Below, piece after piece: positions 44,739-53,928 of a DNA stretch of 64,000 nucleotides (within the stretch, counting starts at the first letter, position 1; each line of letters opens with the position of its first letter). The DNA is from Myxococcota bacterium. GTDB taxonomy: Bacteria > Myxococcota_A > UBA9160 > UBA4427. The stretch covers positions 75,179 to 139,178 of the forward strand of contig JASDVF010000036.1 in NCBI GenBank assembly GCA_041440805.1, read 5' to 3'. The translations under genes were made by a program, and so were the position numbers. Under the pieces are notes generated by a model. It searched no databases. It was not told the origin of the DNA and saw nothing but the letters and a program-made list of their open reading frames with translations.

Positions 44739-45614
44739 TTAGGTGTGTGAGCGTGTCTCGCCGGACTCTGGCGCGGCCTCGTTGAGAAATGAAGGCACGT
44801 CGAGGAGCCCGAGTTCCTCGGCCATTGCCGGACCGCGCATACACGGCTGTGCCTTCCATTTGTCGCTCGGGTCGTTGTCTGCGAGCCAGGCGATAACTGC
44901 AGCGATGCTCGATGCCGGCGTCGGTGTGAATTTCCCGAGAACCTTCTCGTCGATGCCGTTCGCCTTCATCAACTCCGTCAAGACCATGCCGGGCTCGATG
45001 TTGAGGACGCGAAGACCTGAATCGGGATACTCCACGCGCAATGCGCCCGCCATGCGTTGGAGGGCGGCCTTCGAGGCGGGATAGGCGAAGCCCCACCCGC
45101 CCTGGTCGGCAGGCGCCGGCGGATCGATGAAAGCCGTCCCGGAAAGCATGTTAAGGATGGTTCCGCTGCTCTGCTCGAGCATCGTCGGGAGGAAACGCTG
45201 GACCAGCGCGAGCGGTGTCAGAACATTGCCCTGGTAGATCGCGCGCAGTTGGTCTGGCGTCACCTCAAGCACGCGTTCCTGAACACCCGCGCCCTGATAG
45301 ATGGCGTTGTTGAATAGCAGGTCAATTCGACCGAACTCATCGAGTGCGGACTGGGCAGCCTTGTCGATGGCCTCGGGATCCAATATGTCCGCCTGAAGAC
45401 AAAGTGCCTTGCCGCCCTCGGCCTCGACCGCCGCAGCGGTTGCACGCAGGCTGCCGGGTAGCGGCGCGACTTTGCCCACGTGGTCGTACGCCTCACCGGC
45501 GCCGAGGGTCCGCGCGGTGATCGCGACGTCGAATCCGGCTCGAGCGAGAGCGACGGCGGATTCGGCCCCGATCCCTCGACTTGCACCACTTACGAAAGCA
45601 ACCCTGCGGTCCAT
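44739..45614 (-). CDS. Short-chain dehydrogenase/reductase (SDR)
   Basis: Start is MDRRVAFVSGASRGIG at 45614; the 473-aa track ORF has a spurious Arg-rich extension. Contains TGxxxGIG, NNA and YPASKAAL (YxxxK). Confidence 0.85.
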   Translation of the reverse strand: MDRRVAFVSGASRGIGAESAVALARAGFDVAITARTLGAGEAYDHVGKVAPLPGSLRATAAAVEAEGGKALCLQADILDPEAIDKAAQSALDEFGRIDLLFNNAIYQGAGVQERVLEVTPDQLRAIYQGNVLTPLALVQRFLPTMLEQSSGTILNMLSGTAFIDPPAPADQGGWGFAYPASKAALQRMAGALRVEYPDSGLRVLNIEPGMVLTELMKANGIDEKVLGKFTPTPASSIAAVIAWLADNDPSDKWKAQPCMRGPAMAEELGLLDVPSFLNEAAPESGETRSHT

Positions 45615-45658
45615 GGGATCTCCTTTGGATGTGCGGCATCCACGCGAGGCGTGTAGCG

Positions 45659-46741
45659 CTAGATGTTCGGAACGTAGTGGCCGGTGATGAGCGGTAGATC
45701 CGCGTAGGTCCGGATTCCTGCGGCGGCTTCGCAGACGGTCGGAATCGCCGACACGAGCGGCATGGACGTCACCGTATTCGACATGTCGATGTAATCCTCG
45801 ATGCGCTCTGCATTCTGGGGACTGAAGGTGACCCGTGTCTGCACGTTCGGATTGCCCTCGACCTTCATCGTGTAGCCGTGATGAATCGGCCACTCGGGCT
45901 CGAGGCCCTTTCCGGCGACCCAGCACACGTCGAGCTCGAGCACCGCGTCCTCTTGGCCGGCGGTGAAAGCTTGCCACGTGTTCTTCTGACCCGCGATCGT
46001 GCCCGCCTTCATCTCGAACCCGTAGAATTCTCGATCTTCGGGCGTGATCGCCCATTCGAGGCTGGATCGACGTTCCGAGATCGGCACCCTGAGCATGGCC
46101 GCCATTACGTCGAGGCATTCCTCGTAGAAGCCGAGGACCTCGCGGCTTGTCTGCTCCCACTTCGGGTCAGGCTTCTGTCCCCAACCTAGATTCTCATAGT
46201 TGCTGATTGCGTGATAGCTGGAGAGATCGACGGACTCGAGGAACTGCACGCGCCGAAAATTCTGGCTGACGCTCGCCATATTGGCCGCAATGTAGTTTGC
46301 GAAGCCGGGAAAGATCCCGGAGCCGAAGAGGCTCGCTCCCCCGGCCTGTGCGGCGGCTTCTACTCGCGCGCGGGCAGTTTCGCCCGCCGCGCGCATGTTA
46401 GTGAGGTTGCTCGATACGACGTTGACTCCTCCTTCGAGAAGGCGACAGAGCACGTCGACGCTCGCGAGTTGATGCGGCGTGTAGCAGACGCAATCGGCGC
46501 CGAGAGCAAGCAGGGCGTCGATGTCGTTCGTGGCCTGGATCCCGAGCCGGCCGATTCCGCATAGCTCGCCAACGTCTTGTCCGTCCTTCTCGGGACTCCA
46601 CGCATAGGCGCCCACCAATTCTAGTTCGGGATGGCTTAGAATTCCCTTCACGGCCTCGCGACCCACGAAGCCCGTCGTCCATTGAATGACTTTGTACGTC
46701 AAGTTAGCTCTCCTTTGATTCGCAATTTTGCGATCCGCCAC
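45659..46741 (-). CDS. NAD(P)-binding DapB-N-like oxidoreductase (amine-dehydrogenase-like family)
   Basis: 360 aa. N-terminal YKVIQWTTGFVGREAVKGI Rossmann-like segment. Family call is by recollection. Confidence 0.55.
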   Translation of the reverse strand: MADRKIANQRRANLTYKVIQWTTGFVGREAVKGILSHPELELVGAYAWSPEKDGQDVGELCGIGRLGIQATNDIDALLALGADCVCYTPHQLASVDVLCRLLEGGVNVVSSNLTNMRAAGETARARVEAAAQAGGASLFGSGIFPGFANYIAANMASVSQNFRRVQFLESVDLSSYHAISNYENLGWGQKPDPKWEQTSREVLGFYEECLDVMAAMLRVPISERRSSLEWAITPEDREFYGFEMKAGTIAGQKNTWQAFTAGQEDAVLELDVCWVAGKGLEPEWPIHHGYTMKVEGNPNVQTRVTFSPQNAERIEDYIDMSNTVTSMPLVSAIPTVCEAAAGIRTYADLPLITGHYVPNI

Positions 46742-46861
46742 GACTGGGTGAGGGCGACCTCCCCGCAGCAGCTCATCGCGTTCGCTTCAGAACAATATCC
46801 ACAACTATGACATAGTAAATACGATGGTTTGAGTCGTGGCTTCGACAGGAATTGAGAAAGT

Positions 46862-47308
46862 ATGCCCATAGCGATCCGAGCCCTCTCTCACATCGTACTG
46901 CCCGTCGCCGATCTCGATGCGGCACTCGCCTTTTACCACGATCTACTGGGCCTCGAGGTGGTGGTACGGCTCGATCCCGACGACTCGGGCCCCGATGGAA
47001 GTATCGCGGCGGGGCTCAATATCGCCGGCATGCTGTTACCCGGCGGCACGATGCTCGAGCTCGTTGAGGGGATGCATGAGCCCCGTGCTGGCTCGACGGT
47101 TGTCGCGCTCAATGTGGCTGACGTGAAGGCCGCACATCTTGAAGTGGAGGCCGCCGGCGTGACCCCGACCATGCCACCCACCGAAGTCACACCGGGCATC
47201 ACGATGATGTTCCTGACGGATCCGGACGGGCGAACCGTCGAGCTCGTCGAGTTCGCGAGCGGTGCCAGCAGCAACTACGCAAACCTCAACGCAGCGTCCG
47301 CGAGCTAG
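46862..47308 (+). CDS. VOC/glyoxalase-family protein
   Basis: 148 aa. LSHIVLPVADLDAALAFYHDLLGLEV start and a paired beta-alpha-beta-beta-beta pattern. Confidence 0.8.
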   Translation: MPIAIRALSHIVLPVADLDAALAFYHDLLGLEVVVRLDPDDSGPDGSIAAGLNIAGMLLPGGTMLELVEGMHEPRAGSTVVALNVADVKAAHLEVEAAGVTPTMPPTEVTPGITMMFLTDPDGRTVELVEFASGASSNYANLNAASAS

Positions 47309-47603
47309 GAATCGGAGATCCCCAAGGACGAACTGCGACGGACAACCGAACGCCTAGCAATTCAGCGCTTGATCGACGTTTACGCCCAGCTTCTCCACTA
47401 AGGAGGGGACCCTACTACTCTCGGTCACGATCGGTGGAGCCGCACAGGACAAAGACTGGATGTCCGTTTCAGCAGAGGCGACGATGCTGGTTTCCGTGAG
47501 TCATTCTCGGACTGGAAGCAGACGCGCCCTTCTACGTTTATGCTGGAGCGCCTCACTCGACCACCTCGACGACCGCTCAGTGTCGACCCGCGGAACAACC
47601 TGC

Positions 47604-48656
47604 TCACGTGTGGCCTGAGCTGAGAAGCGGCGCAAGGCAATCGCGAGCTTCGAGAATCGGATCGACGTGGCTGCGAGCGGCCTCGGAGAGTGCCGCGTAT
47701 CCGGCCCGTAGTCCCTCTAGGCAGCGGCGCTGGTACTTGAAGGGGGCGCCCTCGTAGGCGAGTCCGTGTGCCTCGATCCGAACGCGCTCGGCGCCCGACT
47801 CGAGCGCGGCTTCGTTGGCCAGGAGAAACGGCAGATAGGCCTCGCCGGCGAGCCCGAGCAGCGCATCCACCGCGGGGCTCATCGGCGTGTCTTCGCGGCG
47901 CCACTCGCCCACGTGTCCCGAAAGGTCATGCACGTGGTGACACCATCTCATGGTGTACGGCGCTCGGTCCTGGCAGGGGCCGATTGCCGCGAGGTCGAGC
48001 GTGAACTGACAGAGCTGTCCGAAGAGCGCAAAGTCGGCGTTCGATGGCCGAGTTCCGAACAGGAACGGTTGTTCAGGGATGCTCGGCTCAAGAGCGTCGA
48101 GCACGCGATTCGCGATCTCTATCAACATGGGCATGTTGGCTTCTGTACAACCGACGAGTGCGTTGCGCCCGACCTGACGTGTCTCGAACTCGTGCCCGAA
48201 TCGCTCGATGTTTTCGCGTCCTCCACCAAAGTGCTGATCGAAAGCGATCAGCCTTCCCGTCCACTTAGTATGCTCCGGGAACGCCCAGCGATAGGCGTAC
48301 ATAGCCTTCGACAACCACTCGTCGGCGAGATCTTCGATCAAAGCGGCGAGAAACGCATCGGCCTCTCGCTCCGGGATCACGGAGCGCTCTGTTTGATGCT
48401 TTTCGAGATCGAGGATCAGAGGCGTAGAGTCGTTCTGAAAGGTCCCATCGGGATACTCGAGCACGGGCATCACGGGAACGCGCACTTGTTTGAACGCCTT
48501 CGCCCAGTCGGCCATGCGGCCAGCGACGACGTGCGGGATGCGTCGGTAGCGCAGCACGGCGCGCATCTTCATCGAGTAGGGCGAGCCGATATGAGCGTAG
48601 AGGCGGTAGGGGGATCGTTCGTTCGTGGCCATGGATGGGGAGTGATCTTCCTTCAT
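47604..48656 (-). CDS. Glutathione S-transferase-family protein
   Basis: 350 aa. Thioredoxin-like N-domain (YRLYAHIGSPYSMKMRAVLRYRRIPH...VPVLEYPDG) plus a helical C-domain. Confidence 0.7.
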   Translation of the reverse strand: MKEDHSPSMATNERSPYRLYAHIGSPYSMKMRAVLRYRRIPHVVAGRMADWAKAFKQVRVPVMPVLEYPDGTFQNDSTPLILDLEKHQTERSVIPEREADAFLAALIEDLADEWLSKAMYAYRWAFPEHTKWTGRLIAFDQHFGGGRENIERFGHEFETRQVGRNALVGCTEANMPMLIEIANRVLDALEPSIPEQPFLFGTRPSNADFALFGQLCQFTLDLAAIGPCQDRAPYTMRWCHHVHDLSGHVGEWRREDTPMSPAVDALLGLAGEAYLPFLLANEAALESGAERVRIEAHGLAYEGAPFKYQRRCLEGLRAGYAALSEAARSHVDPILEARDCLAPLLSSGHT

Positions 48657-48662
48657 TTTGCT

Positions 48663-49079
48663 TCACCTTCCGTCATTGAAACGCTTCAAGGCAGCCGGTT
48701 TCGTCGAGTTGCTGTTCACGAGCCGGTCCGCTTCATGCCGCCAGCGCTGCACGAACATCGGCAGCAATAGCCATTCGTCGACGTAGTCTTCGATCAGGCA
48801 GGCGAGGAACGCATCCGCCTCATCCTCCGGGTCACTGCGCCGTTCGAGAACGAGCGTTTCCAGTTCGTCGATCAGGAATGTCGAATCGTTCTTGAACACG
48901 CCCTGCGCGTTTTCGAGGACTGGCACCATGTCGGTGTCGACCTTGGTCATGGCGACTTCGTTTGCGCGCGCGCCCGAGACCCATTCAAAAGGGATGCGGC
49001 GATAGCGCAGGTAGGAGCGCATCTTCATCGAGAATGGCGACATGGTGTAGCCATAGAGCCTGTAGGACGGAGTGCTCAT
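48663..49079 (-). pseudogene. Truncated paralog (N-terminal domain only) of the adjacent GST-family gene
   Basis: 138 aa counted from MSTPSYRLYGYTMSPFSMKMRSYLRYRRIPF. Aligns to residues of about 15-140 of the 350-aa neighbour, then diverges and stops. The start overlaps the upstream stop (ATGA). Confidence 0.55.
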
Positions 49080-50212
49080 TCCCAGACCTCGACGTTGTCC
49101 TGGAACCGAATCCCCCGCGAGAGCCGTGCGTCGAGGACGGGGCGGAGCCCGCACTGGTCTAGCTTCTGCTCAACCCGCGATCGATCGGCGGACGGCAACG
49201 CGTCGAACGCGGCTTGTGCCCGACCGAGAAGATAGAAGCGGTGGGGCTGTGCGAGGCCGTGCAGTCCTTCGCCCTCGACCTCGAAGTGGGCGAGGCCGAC
49301 GCCGCGCTCGACCTTTGTACCCGCGGCGAGGTCGGGGCGCTCATCCAGCCAAGTATTGATGTGATCGGCAGCCGCGAGTGTCTCGGGGACAAAGTCCACC
49401 GCCATCTGCTGCAACGCCGCAACTAACGTTTCTGGAATCTCATCGTTCGGGAGAAAATCATCGCCGAACTGCTCTTCGCCCTCCTCGACGTATTCACCTC
49501 GGTCGGGCTCGGGACGATTCATCCGCTCGACCCAGCGAAATACGTGAATCGCCTTCGCCTGCAAGAGGGAGAGCGGCTTCGGGTCGCGCCCCAGGTGGCC
49601 GTACATCGGGGCGATCAGCCCGAAGTCTCCGAGGCACGGGCGGCCTCCGAGAAGGTACGGGTACTCCGAAAAGTGTCGGTCGAGCGCGAAAAGCAACGCC
49701 AAGTAGCGTGCCTCGATGCCATCGATGCTGTCCGGAACGACGCCGAACGCCATCGCTGCCTGACGCATCTTCTCCATGTTCTTTCCCGCGACCTCGGTGG
49801 GATCGAGGCCGGGGGGCGTGAGCGACGCGAAGTGAGAGAAGAGAAAGTCGTGGTTCTCTTCGGGAAAGCTCCACCGGTAGTGCATGGCCGGGCGCAAGAG
49901 CCCTTCCAGGCCAATCACGTCCAGCAGTGCGCTCACGATTCGCTGCCGTGGTCCCGGAGGCGTGCCCCGGTGGCCCGTGCGCGACTCCAAGTACTCGACG
50001 ATCTCCGTGCCGTCTCGGACGACGACACCATCCGCCGCCTCGATCGTCGGCATCGAGATCCCGCCCGCGCGCGGCACAACGTACTGGAGGAACTTAGATG
50101 TCGTTGGCGTGACCTCGCGATACGCCAGCCCATTCTTGATCAGGTAGCTGCGCGCCTTGCCGGTATACAGCGACAACGGCGTGCCGTAGAGCGTGATCGG
50201 TTCCTTGTTCAT
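49076..50212 (-). CDS. Glutathione S-transferase-family protein
   Basis: Preferred start is MNKEPITLYGTPLSLYTGKARSYLIKNGL at 50212. Has a GST N-terminal fold and a long C-terminal helical domain. Confidence 0.7.
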   Translation of the reverse strand: MNKEPITLYGTPLSLYTGKARSYLIKNGLAYREVTPTTSKFLQYVVPRAGGISMPTIEAADGVVVRDGTEIVEYLESRTGHRGTPPGPRQRIVSALLDVIGLEGLLRPAMHYRWSFPEENHDFLFSHFASLTPPGLDPTEVAGKNMEKMRQAAMAFGVVPDSIDGIEARYLALLFALDRHFSEYPYLLGGRPCLGDFGLIAPMYGHLGRDPKPLSLLQAKAIHVFRWVERMNRPEPDRGEYVEEGEEQFGDDFLPNDEIPETLVAALQQMAVDFVPETLAAADHINTWLDERPDLAAGTKVERGVGLAHFEVEGEGLHGLAQPHRFYLLGRAQAAFDALPSADRSRVEQKLDQCGLRPVLDARLSRGIRFQDNVEVWE

Positions 50213-50420
50213 CAGAACTCCCCCAGATCGATGGGCTGCGGCTTCACGGTCTTCCGAGAGGTCGCGAGGCGAGGTGGAGAAATCGACATAAGGTGTGCCA
50301 TATCGAGTGATGTCCTTAAAGGCGGTAGGGGGTGCCGGTCGTCCGGGGGGCTTCAAGCAAATGCTCCGCTGCAGCTGAACGAGACACTGACCGTTGCAAC
50401 TTAGGATAACCGTCCTATCT

Positions 50421-50438
50421 TTAGGATATTGATCCTAA
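50421..50438. promoter_or_regulatory. Candidate TetR operator: TTAGGAT-ATTG-ATCCTAA inverted repeat
   Basis: Perfect 7-bp arms, 48 nt upstream of the TetR ATG, in the GST/TetR divergent region. The half-site TTAGGATA is also present 20 bp upstream (50401-50408). Confidence 0.4.
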
Positions 50439-50485
50439 TTCGTCAATTCGACCGCGTTTCATCCTCGCCGGAGAGACACCCGCCC

Positions 50486-51163
50486 ATGCCCAATCACACG
50501 ACGACCCGCGAACGCATCCTTGAAGCCAGCCTCAAACTCTTCAACGAGAAGGGCTATGCCGCGACGCCCGTCTCCGAGATCGCGAAAGCCGCCGGAATCG
50601 CCACCGGGAATCTCACCTATCACTTCGCCACGAAGCGAGAACTCGCCGAAGCGCTGGAGAAGAAAACCCGGCGACGGCATCGTGAGTATCGTTCGAGTCT
50701 CGAGACAGGTGCCATCGCGAACGATTACGTCGAGGTCCTGAGATTCTCAATGATCATGAGTTGGGAGAATCGATTTCTCCTTCGAGATCACGCTCAATTT
50801 CGAGGCGACAAGCAAGCTCGCCTTCCCGATCGAGACATGGTCGAGGATGTTCATATGCTCGAGGATTTTCTCAAGCGGATGCGCAAGGAAGGCATGCTTC
50901 GAAAGGATCTCCAAGTCGAGCTGAAGGTCCTCGCGCGGTCCCTCTTTGTCCTGACCCGCTTCTGGATGGATCATCTCCGTGAGATCGAAGGCCTCGAACA
51001 GGTGTCCTGGGAAGATCAGGAGCGCGGCATTCAGCATCACTTCGCGGTCCTCTCTCCGTGCCTAACGGCGGCTGCGAGGAGGGAGTTTGAATCCGCGCTG
51101 ATACGTCTCGCGAGTCGCCAAGCCATCCAAGATGACGAAGAAAGGAATGACAATGAACGTTGA
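50486..51163 (+). CDS. TetR/AcrR-family transcriptional regulator
   Basis: Start is MPNHTTTRERILEASLKLFNEKGYAATPVSEIAKAAGIATGNLTYHF, which carries the HTH. Confidence 0.9.
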   Translation: MPNHTTTRERILEASLKLFNEKGYAATPVSEIAKAAGIATGNLTYHFATKRELAEALEKKTRRRHREYRSSLETGAIANDYVEVLRFSMIMSWENRFLLRDHAQFRGDKQARLPDRDMVEDVHMLEDFLKRMRKEGMLRKDLQVELKVLARSLFVLTRFWMDHLREIEGLEQVSWEDQERGIQHHFAVLSPCLTAAARREFESALIRLASRQAIQDDEERNDNER

Positions 51164-51566
51164 AAACGCGGTCAACCCGACGCCGGATCAGATCAAGGAA
51201 CTCACCGAAAACGGCCACGACCGCCCGATCTACATGGTGAATCTCCTCAAGTTCAAGAAGAACGCCGAGTACGAAGACGGACGAGAGACCGAGCTGACAG
51301 GACAAGCAGCCTTCGGAATCTATGCCACCCAGGTCGAAGCGCACCTGAATAAAGTTGGCGGCAAACCTGTGATCGGCGGCGACGTGACCGGCCTCCGCTT
51401 GGGTTCGGTCGAGGATCTCTGGGACATGGTCGCGATCGCGATGTATCCGAATCGCAAGGCGATGTTCGCCATGGTGATGGACCCCGACTATCGCAAGAGC
51501 GCTGAACATCGGACCGCGGGTCTCGTTGGGCAGCTCAACATCGAGATGATGCTGCCAGAGGACTGA
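51132..51566 (+). CDS. DUF1330-family protein
   Basis: The IYMVNLLKFK and MVAIAMYPNRKAMFAMVMDPDY pattern matches the family. The start is ambiguous (51132, 51147 or 51153) and overlaps the TetR 3' end. Confidence 0.6.
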   Translation: MTKKGMTMNVENAVNPTPDQIKELTENGHDRPIYMVNLLKFKKNAEYEDGRETELTGQAAFGIYATQVEAHLNKVGGKPVIGGDVTGLRLGSVEDLWDMVAIAMYPNRKAMFAMVMDPDYRKSAEHRTAGLVGQLNIEMMLPED

Positions 51567-51644
51567 GCGTCGGTCGCTCGACCTCGCGAAGGAGGATCGA
51601 GCGAGTCCAGAAACAACTCGACATCGCAACAGGGCATTCGCTCG

Positions 51645-52649
51645 TTGCAAAATGGAGATACCGCTCGGATGATCGCCCTTCCTGAGTCGCGCCGAATCAA
51701 ACTGCCCGACATAACGCTCTCCGTCCACGAAGCCGGGTCCGGGACGCCGGTCGTGATGTGTCACGGCTTTCCCGAGCTCGCCTTCTCTTGGAGCCGACAG
51801 ATCCACGATCTCGCCGCCGCCGGATTCCGTGCGATCGCGCCTGACCAGCGCGGCTATGGCGAGAGCGACGCTCCGCCCGAAGTCACTGACTACGACTTGG
51901 CACACTTGACCGACGACATGGCGCACTTGCTCGATGCCCTAGAGATCGATCGTGCGGTGTTCGTCGGCCATGACTGGGGCGGCTTCGTCGCCTGGGGCAT
52001 GCCCGTGCGTCACCCGGATCGCTGTCTCGGAGTAATCGGCGTAAATACGCCTAACATTTCGTTCCCGACGACGGCTGAGGTCAAAGCCGCATTCGGGCAA
52101 GACTCGGACCACTACATGCTCTGGATGCAAGAACCCTCCGTCGCGGAGGCGGCCCTCGAAGTCGATCTTCGGCGCGCCTTCTCCAACTGGATGCTGCCAG
52201 GTGTTCCCCTCGACCCCGATACGCCTCCACCACCCCTGACCGGTGCATCCATCGCCGAACTCGCACACACGGAACCGAGCGAGACCCCGCTCCTTGGCAC
52301 AGAGGAGGTCGAGTTCTTCGTGCGCGCCTTCGAGCGCTCAGGCTTTCGGGGACCCGTGAATTGGTACCGCAACATGGACCGGAATCGGGAACTCTGCCCG
52401 GGGTTCGGAACCACCAAGCTCGACTTGCCTTGCCTACAAGTCGTCGCGGAAAGGGATCCCTGGATCCCGGCGGCCGCTGCGGCCGCGACCGAAATGACCT
52501 GTAGCGACGTCGAGATACACCGCATCGAGGATGCGGGCCATTGGACGCTGCACGAACAGCCCACGGCGCTTTCTCGGATCATGATTGACTGGCTGAGCCG
52601 CCGATTCGCAGATGGCGATGCGGAGACTCAGCCTCCACTTCAACCTTAA
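51645..52649 (+). CDS. Alpha/beta hydrolase, epoxide-hydrolase-like
   Basis: HGFPELAFSW (HGXP oxyanion motif) and nucleophile GHDWGG, with a lid region. The catalytic His is probably in the C-terminal GHW segment (EDAGHWT). Confidence 0.8.
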   Translation: MQNGDTARMIALPESRRIKLPDITLSVHEAGSGTPVVMCHGFPELAFSWSRQIHDLAAAGFRAIAPDQRGYGESDAPPEVTDYDLAHLTDDMAHLLDALEIDRAVFVGHDWGGFVAWGMPVRHPDRCLGVIGVNTPNISFPTTAEVKAAFGQDSDHYMLWMQEPSVAEAALEVDLRRAFSNWMLPGVPLDPDTPPPPLTGASIAELAHTEPSETPLLGTEEVEFFVRAFERSGFRGPVNWYRNMDRNRELCPGFGTTKLDLPCLQVVAERDPWIPAAAAAATEMTCSDVEIHRIEDAGHWTLHEQPTALSRIMIDWLSRRFADGDAETQPPLQP

Positions 52650-52666
52650 CTAGGACAACCCAAATC

Positions 52667-53533
52667 GTGAAAATGAAACTCCTGACCGCGCTCGGCGCCA
52701 CAGCCGCCCTCGTTGCGATTCTCGGCCTCGCACTCCCAACCATCGTCCACTCCCTTGGACTCCATCCAACCTACGAGGGCGAGACCCACGAACTAACGGG
52801 TAAGCGCGCGCTTGTGATCACCACGAGCCACGCCGTCTTGAACGCCCCGGGCGAGACCGAGGGCGACCCCACGGGCGTGATGGCCTCGGAGTTCACCCAT
52901 CCCTACTACGGGTTCCTCGACGCCGGTATGGAAGTGGACATGGCGAGCGTGAGAGGCGGACCGATTCCCATCGATCCGCAGACCCTCAACTTCGTGATCC
53001 GTACCCCGGAAGACGAGCGCTTCCTCGACGACCCGACTCTTCTCGCCAAAGTGAAGAACTCACTGCCTATCGACGACGTCGACTTCACACAGTACGACGC
53101 GATCTTTATCTCCGGAGGCTGGGGGGCCGCGTACGACCTCGGCTACTCCGACGTGCTCGGCCGGAAAGTGAGCGAGGCCTACTACGCAGGGAACGCCGAA
53201 CCACCGATCCTCGGATCCGTTTGTCATGGTGCGCTCGGCTTCATTCGAGCCAAGGACCGGGACGGGAACCTCTTGATTACTGGCCGCAAGATGACCGGTG
53301 TGAGCGACAAGCAGGTTCGCGAACTCGGCATCGACCTCACGCCTCAGCATCCTGAGACGGAGCTGCGGAAGGCGGGCGCCCTTTACGAGAGCGCGACAGC
53401 ATTTCGTGACCTATTCGCCACGCACGTAGTCATCGACGACGAGCAACGGTTCGTGACCGGTCAGAACCAGAACTCCGGAGCCGAGACCGCGCAAGAGATG
53501 ATGCGCCTAATCGCGCAGCGGTATGAGCCGTGA
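52667..53533 (+). CDS. Secreted DJ-1/PfpI (type 1 glutamine amidotransferase-like) protein
   Basis: Signal peptide MKMKLLTALGATAALVAILG. Also DAIFISGGWGAAYDL and nucleophile-elbow SVCHGALG. Confidence 0.75.
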   Translation: MKMKLLTALGATAALVAILGLALPTIVHSLGLHPTYEGETHELTGKRALVITTSHAVLNAPGETEGDPTGVMASEFTHPYYGFLDAGMEVDMASVRGGPIPIDPQTLNFVIRTPEDERFLDDPTLLAKVKNSLPIDDVDFTQYDAIFISGGWGAAYDLGYSDVLGRKVSEAYYAGNAEPPILGSVCHGALGFIRAKDRDGNLLITGRKMTGVSDKQVRELGIDLTPQHPETELRKAGALYESATAFRDLFATHVVIDDEQRFVTGQNQNSGAETAQEMMRLIAQRYEP

Positions 53534-53928
53534 GCAGCGTTCTCGCGAGAGCGCTGCGCATTTTTCTTGTCCTTCCGGCGGTTGGCTTCCTCGTGACGGG
53601 CCTGCGTTTCGCCGTCGCGCCCGCCGGAGCCGCGAAGGGTCTCGCGATGCCTCTCCTCGATGGAGCGGCTCGAAGCTCTCAAATCGGTGACGTGGGCGCG
53701 CTGTTCCTAGGAATGGGGCTGATGATCCTCATCGCGCTCGTAACGCTCGGGCGCACCTGGTTCATCGCGCCAGCGATGCTGCTGCTTCTCGTCGCCGTCT
53801 TGCGAATCCTGGCCTGGCTCTTCCACGGTGCTGCGCTCATGATTCCGATGATCGTTCTCGAGTTCGTGATCGGCGGGCTCCTCCTGCTCGCATCGAGGAA
53901 GCTCGCTGAAGTAGAACGGGTCGGATGA
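53530..53928 (+). CDS. Small four-helix membrane protein, function unknown
   Basis: 132 aa and almost entirely hydrophobic. Coupled by 4-nt overlaps to both neighbours. Confidence 0.5.
   Translation: MSSVLARALRIFLVLPAVGFLVTGLRFAVAPAGAAKGLAMPLLDGAARSSQIGDVGALFLGMGLMILIALVTLGRTWFIAPAMLLLLVAVLRILAWLFHGAALMIPMIVLEFVIGGLLLLASRKLAEVERVG

Noticed and set aside
44415-44742. ORFs 44415-44624 and 44512-44742 (and the first 27 codons of 56036-56545)
   Set aside because: They translate straight through the tRNA-Arg gene or its repeated fragment (…VAQRIEHRFPKP…, SQVRVLPGAP). They are artefacts of the ORF finder.
44739-46160. 473-aa version of the SDR ORF
   Set aside because: The first 182 residues are Arg/His/Gly-rich and overlap the end of the upstream oxidoreductase gene. 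The SDR fold starts at MDRRVAFVSGASRGIG (45614).
47309-47400. Short open frame after the VOC gene reading …DELRRTTERLAIQRLIDVYAQLLH, reminiscent of an NTF2/SnoaL-like N-terminus
   Set aside because: It is only about 30 codons with no start context. The similarity is impressionistic and not reportable as a feature.
50871-51926. 351-aa minus-strand ORF spanning TetR, DUF1330 and the hydrolase start
   Set aside because: It crosses three well-supported plus-strand genes and an intergenic region. It is Arg-rich and low complexity, so it is a shadow ORF.
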